A stretch of 64,000 bases of DNA, from the NCBI GenBank assembly GCA_963771465.1, contig CAVYTU010000015.1, forward strand, positions 832,001 to 896,000, given 5' to 3'. The notes beneath the pieces are model-generated. The model was not told where the DNA came from and ran no database searches. It saw nothing but the letters and a program-made list of their open reading frames with translations. Source of the DNA: an uncultured delta proteobacterium (GTDB lineage Bacteria; Desulfobacterota; Binatia; UBA9968). Shown here in pieces: positions 28,600-38,046 of this stretch. The position numbers and the translations under genes were made by a program. Position 1 is the stretch's first letter. Every line of letters begins with the position of its first letter.

Positions 28600-28770
28600 G
28601 CTGCTTGCTGATGAATCGTACGTCGATTGTCAAAGCCGCGCTGGCATATCTCGATCCGGAAAGCTGGAGCCGAAAGTGTATTCTAAACGTGGCACGCATG
28701 GGAAAATTTTCAAGCGACCGGACGATCTCAGAATACGCGCGGGAAATTTGGCAAGTAAAACCGGTCGCGG
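28600..28770 (+). pseudogene. glgP: Isolated C-terminal remnant of glycogen/starch phosphorylase
   Basis: [11 protein letters not shown] then, after a frame change, [36 protein letters not shown]; the rest of the ~800-aa gene is absent. Confidence 0.8.
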
Positions 28771-29076
28771 TAAAATACTCCCGGCTGTTCAGCGACAGTG
28801 AATCCGCCAACGATGAACGCCTAAGAATCGCTCGACCACTGATCAGAGAAGATACCGGCGGATCACAAACTGATCGCCGTACCCAACGTCATTGTCACTT
28901 ACCACTGCGGCGGCCTCCGACAAATCCTATATCGAGTGCGAACCCCGCGCGGCAAGTGAAGTCGTCGGTGTTCTATGCACCATTGGCCCGAATCATATTG
29001 ACTGAGCCTTTGCTTTGCTCAATTACCTATTGCGTAGGATAGTATCGATGGTGAATATACTTTGAGGATTATTCGG

Positions 29077-30291
29077 ATGGCCCCAACTTGCATCATTATC
29101 GCCGGCGCTGGTCCTGTCGGAGTCGTCTCGGCACTCGCTCTCGCGCAGCACGGCTACGCGGTCACGTTGCTCGAAGCGGACACCGTAATCGACGACAACC
29201 CGCGGGCGGCGACGACCCATCCGTCAACCTTAGAAATGATCGCAAGGGTTGGGCTCGTCGATCAGTTCATCAAAGAAGGTCTCGTCGCGCGCTATTTTCA
29301 GTTCTGGGATAAGCCGAGCCGAACGAAGGTTGTCGAGTTCGATCACGAGCTGCTGCGCGATGAAACGCCATACCCTTTCGTTGTCCAAACTGAACAGCAT
29401 AAGCTCGCGCGTATGGGCATCGAGCGGCTGAAAAGTTTCGCCCATGTCGACGTGCGATTTTCTACTCGGGTCACCGGCGCAACCCAAGACACCGACGGCG
29501 CAACCGTATCGGCGAACGGACCGAACGGATTAGAAATTCATCGGGGCGATTGGGTGATCGGCGCAGACGGGGGTCGCAGCACGGTGCGCAAAGCGCTCGA
29601 GATCGAATTCGAAGGCTTCACGTGGCCGGAAAACTTTCTCGTGTTGACCACCACGGAAGATTTTCAACAATTGCTCGGCGGCTGTTGTTATCGCAACTAT
29701 CTCGCCGACCCGGATGAATGGACGAATCTTTTCAAAGTCGCCGGTGACGACGGCAAAGGGCGTTGGCGCGCAGTGTTTCCGACAAAAGTCGAAGAAAGCG
29801 ACGAGCAAGCGCTCGGCGACGAGTCGACATACTCGCGCCTGCAACGCGTCTACCCGTTGAATCGCAAATACAACGTCGTGCATCGCAATCTCTACAAAGT
29901 TCATCAGCGTGTCGCCGCCACTTTTCGCAAGGGCCGGGTCATTCTCGCCGGCGATTCGGCGCACGTCAACAACTCGGTGGGCGGGTTGGGTCTTAACAGC
30001 GGCATCCACGATGCCATGGAGCTTGTCGACACCTTGCACCAGATCATCACCAAACAAGCCGATGATTCCTTGTTAGACCGTTATTCACGCCGGCGGCGCA
30101 TGAGCAATATCGAGTCGGTCCAGGAGCAAACCATCGCCAATAAAAAACGCCTCGAAGAGCGCGATCCCGCGGCGCGCCAAGCCAAGTTCGACGAACTGCG
30201 CGCGATCGCGGAAGATCCGAAAAGGCACAAGGAGTTCTTGTTACGCACCTCGCTGATTGCCAGCATGCGCAAGGCGCAAAGCATGGATTGA
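29077..30291 (+). CDS. FAD-dependent monooxygenase (MhpA/FAD_binding_3 family)
   Basis: IAGAGPVG, IGADGGRSTVRK, LAGDSAHVN..GGLGLNSGIHDA. Confidence 0.92.
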   Translation: MAPTCIIIAGAGPVGVVSALALAQHGYAVTLLEADTVIDDNPRAATTHPSTLEMIARVGLVDQFIKEGLVARYFQFWDKPSRTKVVEFDHELLRDETPYPFVVQTEQHKLARMGIERLKSFAHVDVRFSTRVTGATQDTDGATVSANGPNGLEIHRGDWVIGADGGRSTVRKALEIEFEGFTWPENFLVLTTTEDFQQLLGGCCYRNYLADPDEWTNLFKVAGDDGKGRWRAVFPTKVEESDEQALGDESTYSRLQRVYPLNRKYNVVHRNLYKVHQRVAATFRKGRVILAGDSAHVNNSVGGLGLNSGIHDAMELVDTLHQIITKQADDSLLDRYSRRRRMSNIESVQEQTIANKKRLEERDPAARQAKFDELRAIAEDPKRHKEFLLRTSLIASMRKAQSMD

Positions 30292-30462
30292 GCAACTGCC
30301 AACCCTCGTGGTTCTTTTCCAACATCGCGCGCGGCAGAAGAATTCGAACTCAATTGTTACGTCTCTAACACAAAAATGTCCGGTTCCGGCCCTTCTAAGG
30401 CTGTTCTAAGGAATATCTGAGCCAACGCTGCGACATCTAGGCATGTCCGCCCCTAATTAAAG

Positions 30463-30478
30463 AGGCATGAGGCTTGCT
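30463..30478 (+). promoter_or_regulatory. sigma54-like -24/-12 promoter
   Basis: AGGCAT-N5-TTGCT just upstream of the CDS at 30498. Confidence 0.5.
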
Positions 30479-30497
30479 CCTTTAGTTCCCCATCGAG

Positions 30498-31079
30498 GTG
30501 AAGCCAATGCAGCCGTTGCAAAAATTCCGGTTCTTTCTAGCCGTTGTTGTCACGCTTCCCGTCGTCCCGGCGATTGCACAGACCGACGTAGACGAATACT
30601 ACCGGCAGTGGATCGACTATCGTAATGGCGAGATCTCGGTCGCTTTCGAAGACACGCCGCTCCAGTTCGCGCTCCATGCCTTTCAAGCCCGCACGGGATT
30701 TCAGCTCGTCGTACCGACACCCATCGAACGGAAGGTTGTCAGTCTGCGCATCGACCGCCAACCGCTGGAGCCGGCGGTGCGTTCGTTGATATCCACCATC
30801 GGTTTTAGAAACTTCGCCGTTATGTACGACGACAACGGCCGGCCGCGCCGAGCGGTCGTTCTCGGCGCGCAACCGCTGCCCGTGCCAATTGTCGAATTAG
30901 CCGTAGCGCCTTTAACCTTGCCGGAACGGGACCGGCTTAAGAAAGATATGGAGCAATGGAGCAAATTGAAGTTGGAAGAACGCGGCAAGATCGAAGACCG
31001 CCTGAAAAGCTTGCCACCCTCCGACGATCGAGAAATCTTGGTGAAAGAGTACGGCCGCCAGCTCTTGGAAGCCAAATAG
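30498..31079 (+). CDS. Secreted hypothetical protein with STN/secretin-N-like domain
   Basis: Signal peptide; ISVAFEDTPLQFAL...TGF...VSLRIDRQPLEPAVRSL resembles N0/STN domains. Confidence 0.55.
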   Translation: MKPMQPLQKFRFFLAVVVTLPVVPAIAQTDVDEYYRQWIDYRNGEISVAFEDTPLQFALHAFQARTGFQLVVPTPIERKVVSLRIDRQPLEPAVRSLISTIGFRNFAVMYDDNGRPRRAVVLGAQPLPVPIVELAVAPLTLPERDRLKKDMEQWSKLKLEERGKIEDRLKSLPPSDDREILVKEYGRQLLEAK

Positions 31080-31111
31080 CCAGGATCTTTTAACCCGTCA
31101 TCATTTTCAAA

Positions 31112-32266
31112 TCATCCGCCCCACAATTCTTTGCTCGCGATGCGCGCGCCTTCGGCCATCGCTTGAAACTTCGCCCAGCCCACTTGTGGATGACCGACGC
31201 GCGAGCCGATGCCGCAGTCGGTGCCGGCGATGATGTTTTCGCGGCCGAGGATTTTAGCGTAGCGCACCAAACGGTCGGCGATCGCTTGGGGATGTTCGAT
31301 GAAATCACTGTAGTGGCCAATCACACCGGGCATGAGCATCTTGCCATCGGGCAGTTTCACTTCTTGCCAGACGCGCCACTCGTGATCGTGACATGGGTTC
31401 GACGCTTCGATGGAGTAAGCGCTGGCGCGCACCTTAAGAATCAGATCGACGATATCCTTGAGCGGGATATCGTACTTGTGCGGTCCATGGTAACTGCCCC
31501 AACACATGTGAAAGCGGATACGATCTTCCGGCAGGCCTTTCAAGGCGTGATTCAACACATCGATGCGCAGCTCCTGATACTTGCGATAATCGGCCAGGCT
31601 CATCGCCGGATGCATCTGCCACGCATCGGCCAAGTCCGGATCATCGATCTGCAGCACAAATCCCGCGTCGACGATCGCTTGGTACTCGACACTCATCGCC
31701 TCGGCGATGGCATAAAGATATTCCTCGTTGGTTTTGTAAAATTCATTTTTCATCCAGTGCTCCATGGTGCCCGGAGCTACGGCCGGTAGAAATGCTTCGG
31801 CGCAATGCTTCCCTTGGAGAGCGGCCTTCAAATTGGCGATATCGGCATTCACTTCATCTTGACCGATATATTTCAACGGCTCGACGCAGTAGAACACTCG
31901 CGCATGATGACCGATGGAAGTTCGGCCGCCGCGGTTAAAATACTCGGTAAATTCTTTCATATCGCGGCCAAAGATCGACGTGGGTTTGAAATCCGCACCG
32001 GCCTCTCGTTCGACGAAGCCGCCAAGCCGTTCCTTGGTATAACGTGAAAAATTCGACTTGCCCAATTCGCCGTCGTTGACCACGTCGATGCCGCACTCGA
32101 TTTGCTTGGCGACCACTTCAGCCACTGATTCGCGCGTGCGCTGGGCAAGCGCATCAGCATTGTACGGCTTGCCGTCATTGCGCGCCACCAGCATTTCCAT
32201 CAAATCTTGGGGCCGCGCCAGGCTGCCGACGTGGGAAATCAGAATTCGCTCCGTGCTATGTTTCAT
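31112..32266 (-). CDS. Cobalamin-independent methionine synthase II family (single-barrel MetE-like) protein
   Basis: SHVGSLARP, DVVNDGE, LQIDDP, HMCWG, IAGTDCG. Confidence 0.9.
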   Translation of the reverse strand: MKHSTERILISHVGSLARPQDLMEMLVARNDGKPYNADALAQRTRESVAEVVAKQIECGIDVVNDGELGKSNFSRYTKERLGGFVEREAGADFKPTSIFGRDMKEFTEYFNRGGRTSIGHHARVFYCVEPLKYIGQDEVNADIANLKAALQGKHCAEAFLPAVAPGTMEHWMKNEFYKTNEEYLYAIAEAMSVEYQAIVDAGFVLQIDDPDLADAWQMHPAMSLADYRKYQELRIDVLNHALKGLPEDRIRFHMCWGSYHGPHKYDIPLKDIVDLILKVRASAYSIEASNPCHDHEWRVWQEVKLPDGKMLMPGVIGHYSDFIEHPQAIADRLVRYAKILGRENIIAGTDCGIGSRVGHPQVGWAKFQAMAEGARIASKELWGG

Positions 32267-32375
32267 GCTTCGTTCTCCCCTGGCAGATAGTTGGAGTGGT
32301 AGAGAATTGCAGTAATGGCGGTCCGAATACCCAACACGCCAATTTATTTGTCTATGTCACCTGTAAAGTCTCCGC

Positions 32376-33848
32376 CTATCGTTTCGCCGCCGAAACTTTT
32401 CTTTCCATCACATACTTCATCAAGAACGGCCAGACCTGCGTCGCGTCCGCCAGCATCTCGGCGTAGATGCCGTTTTTGTCGGCCTTACGCCATGATTCGT
32501 TTTCGGAGTAGGTGCAGCCAGAGAGATGGCCGAAGTGGGGCTTGTCGGGGCAAATTCTCACGCCGTAGCTGAAGCGGCGATTGGGAAAGGTCGGACCCAA
32601 GCGCTCGTTGACGATCTCGATCAGCGGCGCGACGTTTTGCACGTTGTTGCGCGGCACGCCGCCGCCGATGGAAAATATGCCAAAGCGCTTCGAGCCCGTC
32701 ACCAAGCGAATCAATTCTTTGCTATCGCGCTCCAAGTCCATCAAGATCGGCTTCTTGCCGCGCCGCCGCCGTTTGATGTTGTGAATATAAATGTCGTTAC
32801 CCAGTTCGGAATCGACGAACGCCGGCACGAAAACGGGAACGTCACGGAGAAATGCCGACTTCAGAATGCCGCGATCGTTGGGATAGCTTTCCGCAAGATG
32901 CTTGCCGATTAGTTTATTGAGCGCCGTCGGGCTGAGCATGGCTTTGCCATTGATCTTCTCGACCACTTTGCCGATGACTTCCTCGACCGTATCGAGATTT
33001 GTCTCCGGTTCCAAAGTGTCGGTCACGCGGTTGAGCTTGCGCCGAGCCAGTTCCGTGTCGTCGTACTTGGGATTGTATTTATAGTGCTTGAGTCCGATCG
33101 ACGACACCAAGCCATGAGCCATCAGCGCGCCGGTGGAAGAGATCGCGTGGATCAAACCCAGCTCGATCATGTCGCAAATGATCAAGTCCATCTTGCCGAC
33201 CGTCATGGCGCCGCTGACGGTGAGAAAGCGCACGCAGTGCTTATCGTTCATCATCGCTTCCAGCGCCTTTGCGCCGCGGGCGACGTGCGCGGCCAGCCCG
33301 CCATGGGCAGCGAGACCGGAAACAAACGAAGTGACCGAACTGCGGCGGCCGTTCAACCACTCATCGAGCGCGGCGTAAATCACCGGCATTACAAAACGCG
33401 GATCGGCGAACACCGCGTCGGGGAAAAAACCGTCGCGCACTTGTCCGGGGCGTGCCATGTCGAACGGGTTGATGAATATTGCCCGCTTGGGCTTTTTAAA
33501 CATCGCTTCGCCGTCGCGCTCGGAGAAAGCACCGATGACGATAACGTTTTCACCGCGAGTTTTTTGTTTGGCGTAAGCCGCCGGTCGAACCATGCGCTTG
33601 CACCAACCGTTGGCGACAAATTTTTTGAGCAAGCGCCCGAGCGGCGAGCTATCAATACCGTCGTAGATCAGCAGCGGTTTAATATCGGCTAAGGCCATGT
33701 CGCGCATCGTCGTCGCGACTTCGCCCAGCATGCGCGCGCCGAAAGCGCAGTAGCGCATAGCGTCGACGATGTCGCCGACGCTATGGCACGTCTGTAGATC
33801 GAGTGATTTCAGTTCTTCGAATTGCAATGTTTTTGCCGAATGTTTCAT
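32376..33848 (-). CDS. Deoxyhypusine synthase-like protein with extra N-terminal DHS-like module
   Basis: LTVSGAM, STGALMAH, PVFVPAFVDSELG, IGGGVPRN, GHLSGCTYSENESWRK, ADATQVWP. Confidence 0.88.
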   Translation of the reverse strand: MKHSAKTLQFEELKSLDLQTCHSVGDIVDAMRYCAFGARMLGEVATTMRDMALADIKPLLIYDGIDSSPLGRLLKKFVANGWCKRMVRPAAYAKQKTRGENVIVIGAFSERDGEAMFKKPKRAIFINPFDMARPGQVRDGFFPDAVFADPRFVMPVIYAALDEWLNGRRSSVTSFVSGLAAHGGLAAHVARGAKALEAMMNDKHCVRFLTVSGAMTVGKMDLIICDMIELGLIHAISSTGALMAHGLVSSIGLKHYKYNPKYDDTELARRKLNRVTDTLEPETNLDTVEEVIGKVVEKINGKAMLSPTALNKLIGKHLAESYPNDRGILKSAFLRDVPVFVPAFVDSELGNDIYIHNIKRRRRGKKPILMDLERDSKELIRLVTGSKRFGIFSIGGGVPRNNVQNVAPLIEIVNERLGPTFPNRRFSYGVRICPDKPHFGHLSGCTYSENESWRKADKNGIYAEMLADATQVWPFLMKYVMERKVSAAKR

Positions 33849-33951
33849 AGGAATAAGTTTGTGCTTGGTAACATGGCGACCGCGTGCAGTCAATTTCGTG
33901 CGGCCCATGGAAGATGAAAAATGGGTAAACTGTCCGTGCCAGCTAAACGCA

Positions 33952-34986
33952 TCAGCGCAACCCAGCCAGCACCAACTTGGCGCAGCGCTCCATCGACTTC
34001 AGTACTTTGTCTTGACCCAGGCCGCCGAAATGAAAAGTCAGACCGATATGCGTCGTGCCGACGACCTCGATGATACGCTTGATGATTCGCGCGCAAGTTT
34101 CCGGCCCGCCGAACACGCCGCGGCTGTCGCGCACCATGGCATCGTAACTCAGGTGCGGCAAGATCCGCTCGTGGGCCGGCGTTCCAGGCGCGGCGCCCAC
34201 CGCATCCAAGGCAAAACCGCGCCAGCGATGCCAGTGCTCGATGACATCGGCTTTTGCTTGTTCATCGCTTTCGGCGACGTAGACAGGATACATGGTGAAC
34301 ACGTCTTTATCGTCAACCGAATGGCCGGCGGCGCTGAGCGCGGACTGATACATTTCGACGCGCGGGCGCTGCTCTTCGTTGGTGGCGATCCACGGCAAGG
34401 TCATTAAATGGTGGCCGCGCGTGCCGATCATGTTAAAACTTTCCGGGTCGCGGTTCGCGGTGATGTAGATCGGCGGATGGGGTTGCTGCAACGGCTGCGG
34501 ATAGACTCGCAGCTTGGGGAATTGGTAATGCTCTCCCTGCCACTCGAATTCCGCGCCGCTCCACGCGCGCACGATGATGTCGAGAGCTTCGGGCAATCTT
34601 TTCTGCGCATCGTTCCAATCGTAGCCGAACACCGCGTATTCGGTCGGATGCATGCCGCGGCCGGCGCCGAAGTTAAGCCGTCCGGCAGAGAGCTGATCGA
34701 CCATGGCGAACTCTTCGGCGATGCGCAGCGGATTATGCATGGGAATAATCGACACCGCCGCGCCCAAGCGCATTCTCTTGGTCCGTTGCGACGCCGCCGC
34801 GAGGATCACCGACGGACTCGGCATCTGGCCGCCGAAGTGGCGAAAGTGATGTTCCGTTACCCACAGGGAATCGAAGCCCAGCGATTCCGCCCCATCGATT
34901 TGCTCGAGCCACTTCGAATAGACTTCCCGGCTCCCGCCGTCGTGCTCGGGAACATAGGTGTTAAGAATGTAATAGCCGAATTTCAC
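33952..34986 (-). CDS. LLM class flavin-dependent oxidoreductase (luciferase-like)
   Basis: GFDSLWVTEHHF, NPLRIAEEFAMVDQLSAGRL, PQPLQQPHPPI; start placed at GTG (MKFG). Confidence 0.92.
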   Translation of the reverse strand: MKFGYYILNTYVPEHDGGSREVYSKWLEQIDGAESLGFDSLWVTEHHFRHFGGQMPSPSVILAAASQRTKRMRLGAAVSIIPMHNPLRIAEEFAMVDQLSAGRLNFGAGRGMHPTEYAVFGYDWNDAQKRLPEALDIIVRAWSGAEFEWQGEHYQFPKLRVYPQPLQQPHPPIYITANRDPESFNMIGTRGHHLMTLPWIATNEEQRPRVEMYQSALSAAGHSVDDKDVFTMYPVYVAESDEQAKADVIEHWHRWRGFALDAVGAAPGTPAHERILPHLSYDAMVRDSRGVFGGPETCARIIKRIIEVVGTTHIGLTFHFGGLGQDKVLKSMERCAKLVLAGLR

Positions 34987-35239
34987 GCGCGAAGGCTTTC
35001 TTTCAATAACAACCAGCATGCTGGTAGCCCGGCCGAATATGCCGATGAAAGTATGAGGAATTCCTCGTCGGGTCAAGCAACGCAGTCAGGCAACAAACTC
35101 TTTTTTACCGAAGGAATCATCGTCAATGTGCAGCACCAACTCGCCCGTTGTGACGAATGGTGAAAGTCTAATTTTTCATAGATTTGCAATCGTACGGCAA
35201 AGTAGGATTATTATGCATTGACGAGCCAAGGAGAATGGA

Positions 35240-36115
35240 ATGAATCGAATTAAGACTTTGCGCGCTTACGGTGTCGCCATTGTGTGGTTTGCTCTCGCGG
35301 CGGGCCAGGCCATGGCTCAGGAGCTCAGCAAGCTGCCCTATGTGCCGACCCCGCAGATCGTTGTCGATGAAATGCTGAAGATGGCCAACGTCACGGCCAA
35401 AGATTTTGTTATCGACCTCGGTTCCGGCGACGGCCGGATGGTTCTCACCGCAGCCAAAACCTTCAAAGCCAATGGTCTTGGCGTCGACATCGATAGCAAG
35501 CTGGTCGAGCTGTCGAACAGCACCGCCAAGTCGCAAGGACTCGATGAGCGCGCCAAGTTCATCGAGCAAGACATGTTCAAGGCTGACATCAGCAAGGCGA
35601 CGGTGGTCACGCTCTACGTCCTGCCGGACTTCATGGAAAAGCTTCGCCCGAAGCTATTAAAAGAATTGAAACCCGGCACGCGCATCGTCGCCCATGATTA
35701 TTACATGAGCGGCTGGTATCCCGACCGGCAAGCAGCACTCACGGTGCCGGAGAAAGTCGCCGCCAACGGCACCGATAAGGCTTATCTTTATCTATGGATT
35801 GTGCCGAGCGTGGTCAGTGGACACTGGCGCATGGAACTCGATCTCGGTGCCGGCAAGCCGCTACCCGTCGTTCTGTCGTTCAATCAAGAGCACCAAATAA
35901 TCAATGCCGCCGCGGAAACCATACTTGGTTCGCTCAAAGTCGAAGGCGCGAAGCTCCAAGGCGAAGAGTTGGATTTTTTTCTCACCGTCGGCCCAACGAA
36001 TTATCGTTTTACTGGTCGAGTTCAAGGCGACAAGCTCGAAGGCGTGGCCGTTTCGGGAACGACACCGAAACCGATCCCTTGGCGCGCAACCAAGCTGGCG
36101 CTGGACCGAAAATGA
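35240..36115 (+). CDS. Class I SAM-dependent methyltransferase with signal peptide and C-terminal beta-rich domain
   Basis: PYVPTPQ, IDLGSGDGR, GVDID, LKPGTRIVAHD. Confidence 0.88.
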   Translation: MNRIKTLRAYGVAIVWFALAAGQAMAQELSKLPYVPTPQIVVDEMLKMANVTAKDFVIDLGSGDGRMVLTAAKTFKANGLGVDIDSKLVELSNSTAKSQGLDERAKFIEQDMFKADISKATVVTLYVLPDFMEKLRPKLLKELKPGTRIVAHDYYMSGWYPDRQAALTVPEKVAANGTDKAYLYLWIVPSVVSGHWRMELDLGAGKPLPVVLSFNQEHQIINAAAETILGSLKVEGAKLQGEELDFFLTVGPTNYRFTGRVQGDKLEGVAVSGTTPKPIPWRATKLALDRK

Positions 36116-36235
36116 ATTTGACATCGCCGCCGAGGTTTCGTAGGGAATAGGAGATAGTCGCGGCTCAACAACCGCTTTGCGAAACTCGACGATTGCGAAG
36201 CAAGACTAAACAAGTTGAAAGCGAGGAACTAGAAT

Positions 36236-37294
36236 ATGAGTACAGCGCCTTCTATCTACACGCCGGAAACCGTTTTGGCCGGTGAAAAAATCATCTCGGC
36301 CGACTCGCACATTCAAGAACCGGAAGATTTGTGGATTGATAATCTGTCGCCATCGTTGAAAGACAAGTATCCCAAATTCCCCAAGCGCAACTCGCCCGGT
36401 GAAAAACCCGGTGGCCGGGATCCCAAGGCGCGCATCAGTGAGATGGAAACCGACGGTGTGTCGGCGGAAGTGCTTTACCCGACTCTTGGATTGCGCCTGT
36501 TCGCGATGGAAGATGCCGAGTGCCAGGAGGCGTGCTTTCAGATCGCCAACGATTGGATGATCGACTACTGCAAAGTGACACCCGGCCGGCTGATCGGCAT
36601 CCCGATGATCTCGCTCTACAACACCAAGAACGCAATCAAAGAACTGGAGCGGTGTAAAAAAGCTGGCATGATCGGTTGCTTGATCTGGCAAGTGCCGCCG
36701 GACCATCTGCCGTTTTCGAGCGACTACTACGATCCGTTCTGGGAAGCGGCGGCTGAACTGAACATGCCGGTGAACCTGCACATCCTCACCGGTTTCAACT
36801 ACAGCCGCTTCGAGCGCAAGGGACTCGACACCTATAAAACTGCCGTCAACGACAAAGTCAACGATGCGGCTAACACGTTATTCGACATCGTCTTCACCGG
36901 AGTGCTATCGCGGTTCCCGAAATTAAAAATCGTTTACGTCGAGAACGAGTGCGCCTGGCTGCCGTTCTACACCCATGAATGGGACAAGTATTACGTCCGG
37001 TTCAAAACCAAAGTGCCGCTGCCATTCATGAAAAAATTACCCGGTGAATACATCAATGAACAGGTTTACGCGACGTTCTTTAGCGACCCATGCGGCGGCC
37101 AGCTCATGAATCGTTTCGGCCAGGACACGTTCATGTGGTCCAATGATTATCCCCACGCCGCCTCGCCATGGCCGCACTCGCGCAAGGTGATCGCCGAGGA
37201 GCTCGGCCACTTGCCGAAAGACGTGCTGCGCAAAGTGGTGCGCGAGAATGTTATCAAGCTGTACGATCTGAAGATTGACGGGATAAATAATTGA
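36236..37294 (+). CDS. Amidohydrolase_2 family protein
   Basis: ISADSHIQEP, YDPFWEAA, NLHI, WSNDYPH. Confidence 0.9.
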   Translation: MSTAPSIYTPETVLAGEKIISADSHIQEPEDLWIDNLSPSLKDKYPKFPKRNSPGEKPGGRDPKARISEMETDGVSAEVLYPTLGLRLFAMEDAECQEACFQIANDWMIDYCKVTPGRLIGIPMISLYNTKNAIKELERCKKAGMIGCLIWQVPPDHLPFSSDYYDPFWEAAAELNMPVNLHILTGFNYSRFERKGLDTYKTAVNDKVNDAANTLFDIVFTGVLSRFPKLKIVYVENECAWLPFYTHEWDKYYVRFKTKVPLPFMKKLPGEYINEQVYATFFSDPCGGQLMNRFGQDTFMWSNDYPHAASPWPHSRKVIAEELGHLPKDVLRKVVRENVIKLYDLKIDGINN

Positions 37295-37368
37295 CGCCTT
37301 GCGGGCATTGGGTATCGAGTTAAACGAAGTGAAAATTCAGCAATAGCCGCAACGAAAGGAAAAACTCC

Positions 37369-37862
37369 ATGCAAAAAAGCGTAACCGCAGCTGTATTTAA
37401 GAATTACGACCAACCTAAAACTCGGCTCTTTTCCCTGAAGACGCCGTATATGGAACAAGGACGCGTCACCCAGCTGGTCGCCGAGACGCCCAATATGTGG
37501 ATCCACACCAAGGTCAACGCCGAGGGCGGTGAGAACGAGATCCACAAACATCTCGACGAAGACCATGCGTTCATCGTGCTCGAAGGCCAGATGAGCGTGT
37601 TCGATGAAAAAGGCGGCGAGATCGAAGTGAAACAGTATCAGGGCGTGATGATCCCCAAAGGCGCCTATTATCGTTATCACAACACTGGCGATAGCAATCT
37701 CGTCGTCATTCGCGTCGGCGCCGGATGAAAGGCCAACAGCAAGGCGGCCAAGAGATGCGCCTGGGCGCCGACGGCAAGCCGCTGGTCAGCGGCACCCCGG
37801 AGAACCGCAACAAGCCACCGATTGAAATGGTCGGCAAGTTCTTCGCCGAAGCGGCGGGGTGA
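37369..37862 (+). CDS. Cupin domain protein; probable -1 frameshift at ~37724 (alternatively ends at 37728 followed by a coupled 45-aa ORF)
   Basis: GGENEIHKHLDEDHAFIVLEG, IPKGAYY; protein-like tail MKGQQQGG...GKFFAEAAG at 37725-37862 in another frame, just before the terminator. Confidence 0.8.
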
Positions 37863-37897
37863 CTAAACTCAGAATCTCACGACAAGTCTGTTACAGG

Positions 37898-37931
37898 AAC
37901 GGGTCACTCTTATGAGCGACCCGTTTTTTTT
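37898..37931 (+). terminator. Intrinsic terminator
   Basis: AACGGGTCACTC-ttat-GAGCGACCCGTT followed by T-tract. Confidence 0.85.
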
Positions 37932-38046
37932 GAAAAGGATTGACCCAGTATATCGAGCCTTCTCATCACGCCGATAAAAAAGATTTTTACTTTGCGTTGA
38001 TTGTGCCCTTTGTGGTTAGAATCTCCGAAGCAGGGGAGGAACGCGT

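Noticed and set aside
37726-37865. TGA after the cupin as a third selenocysteine codon
   Set aside because: The in-frame continuation (KANSKAAKRCAW...) is not protein-like, the site is not a Cys-type catalytic position, and there is no CAGGCTG hairpin. The plausible tail lies in another frame.
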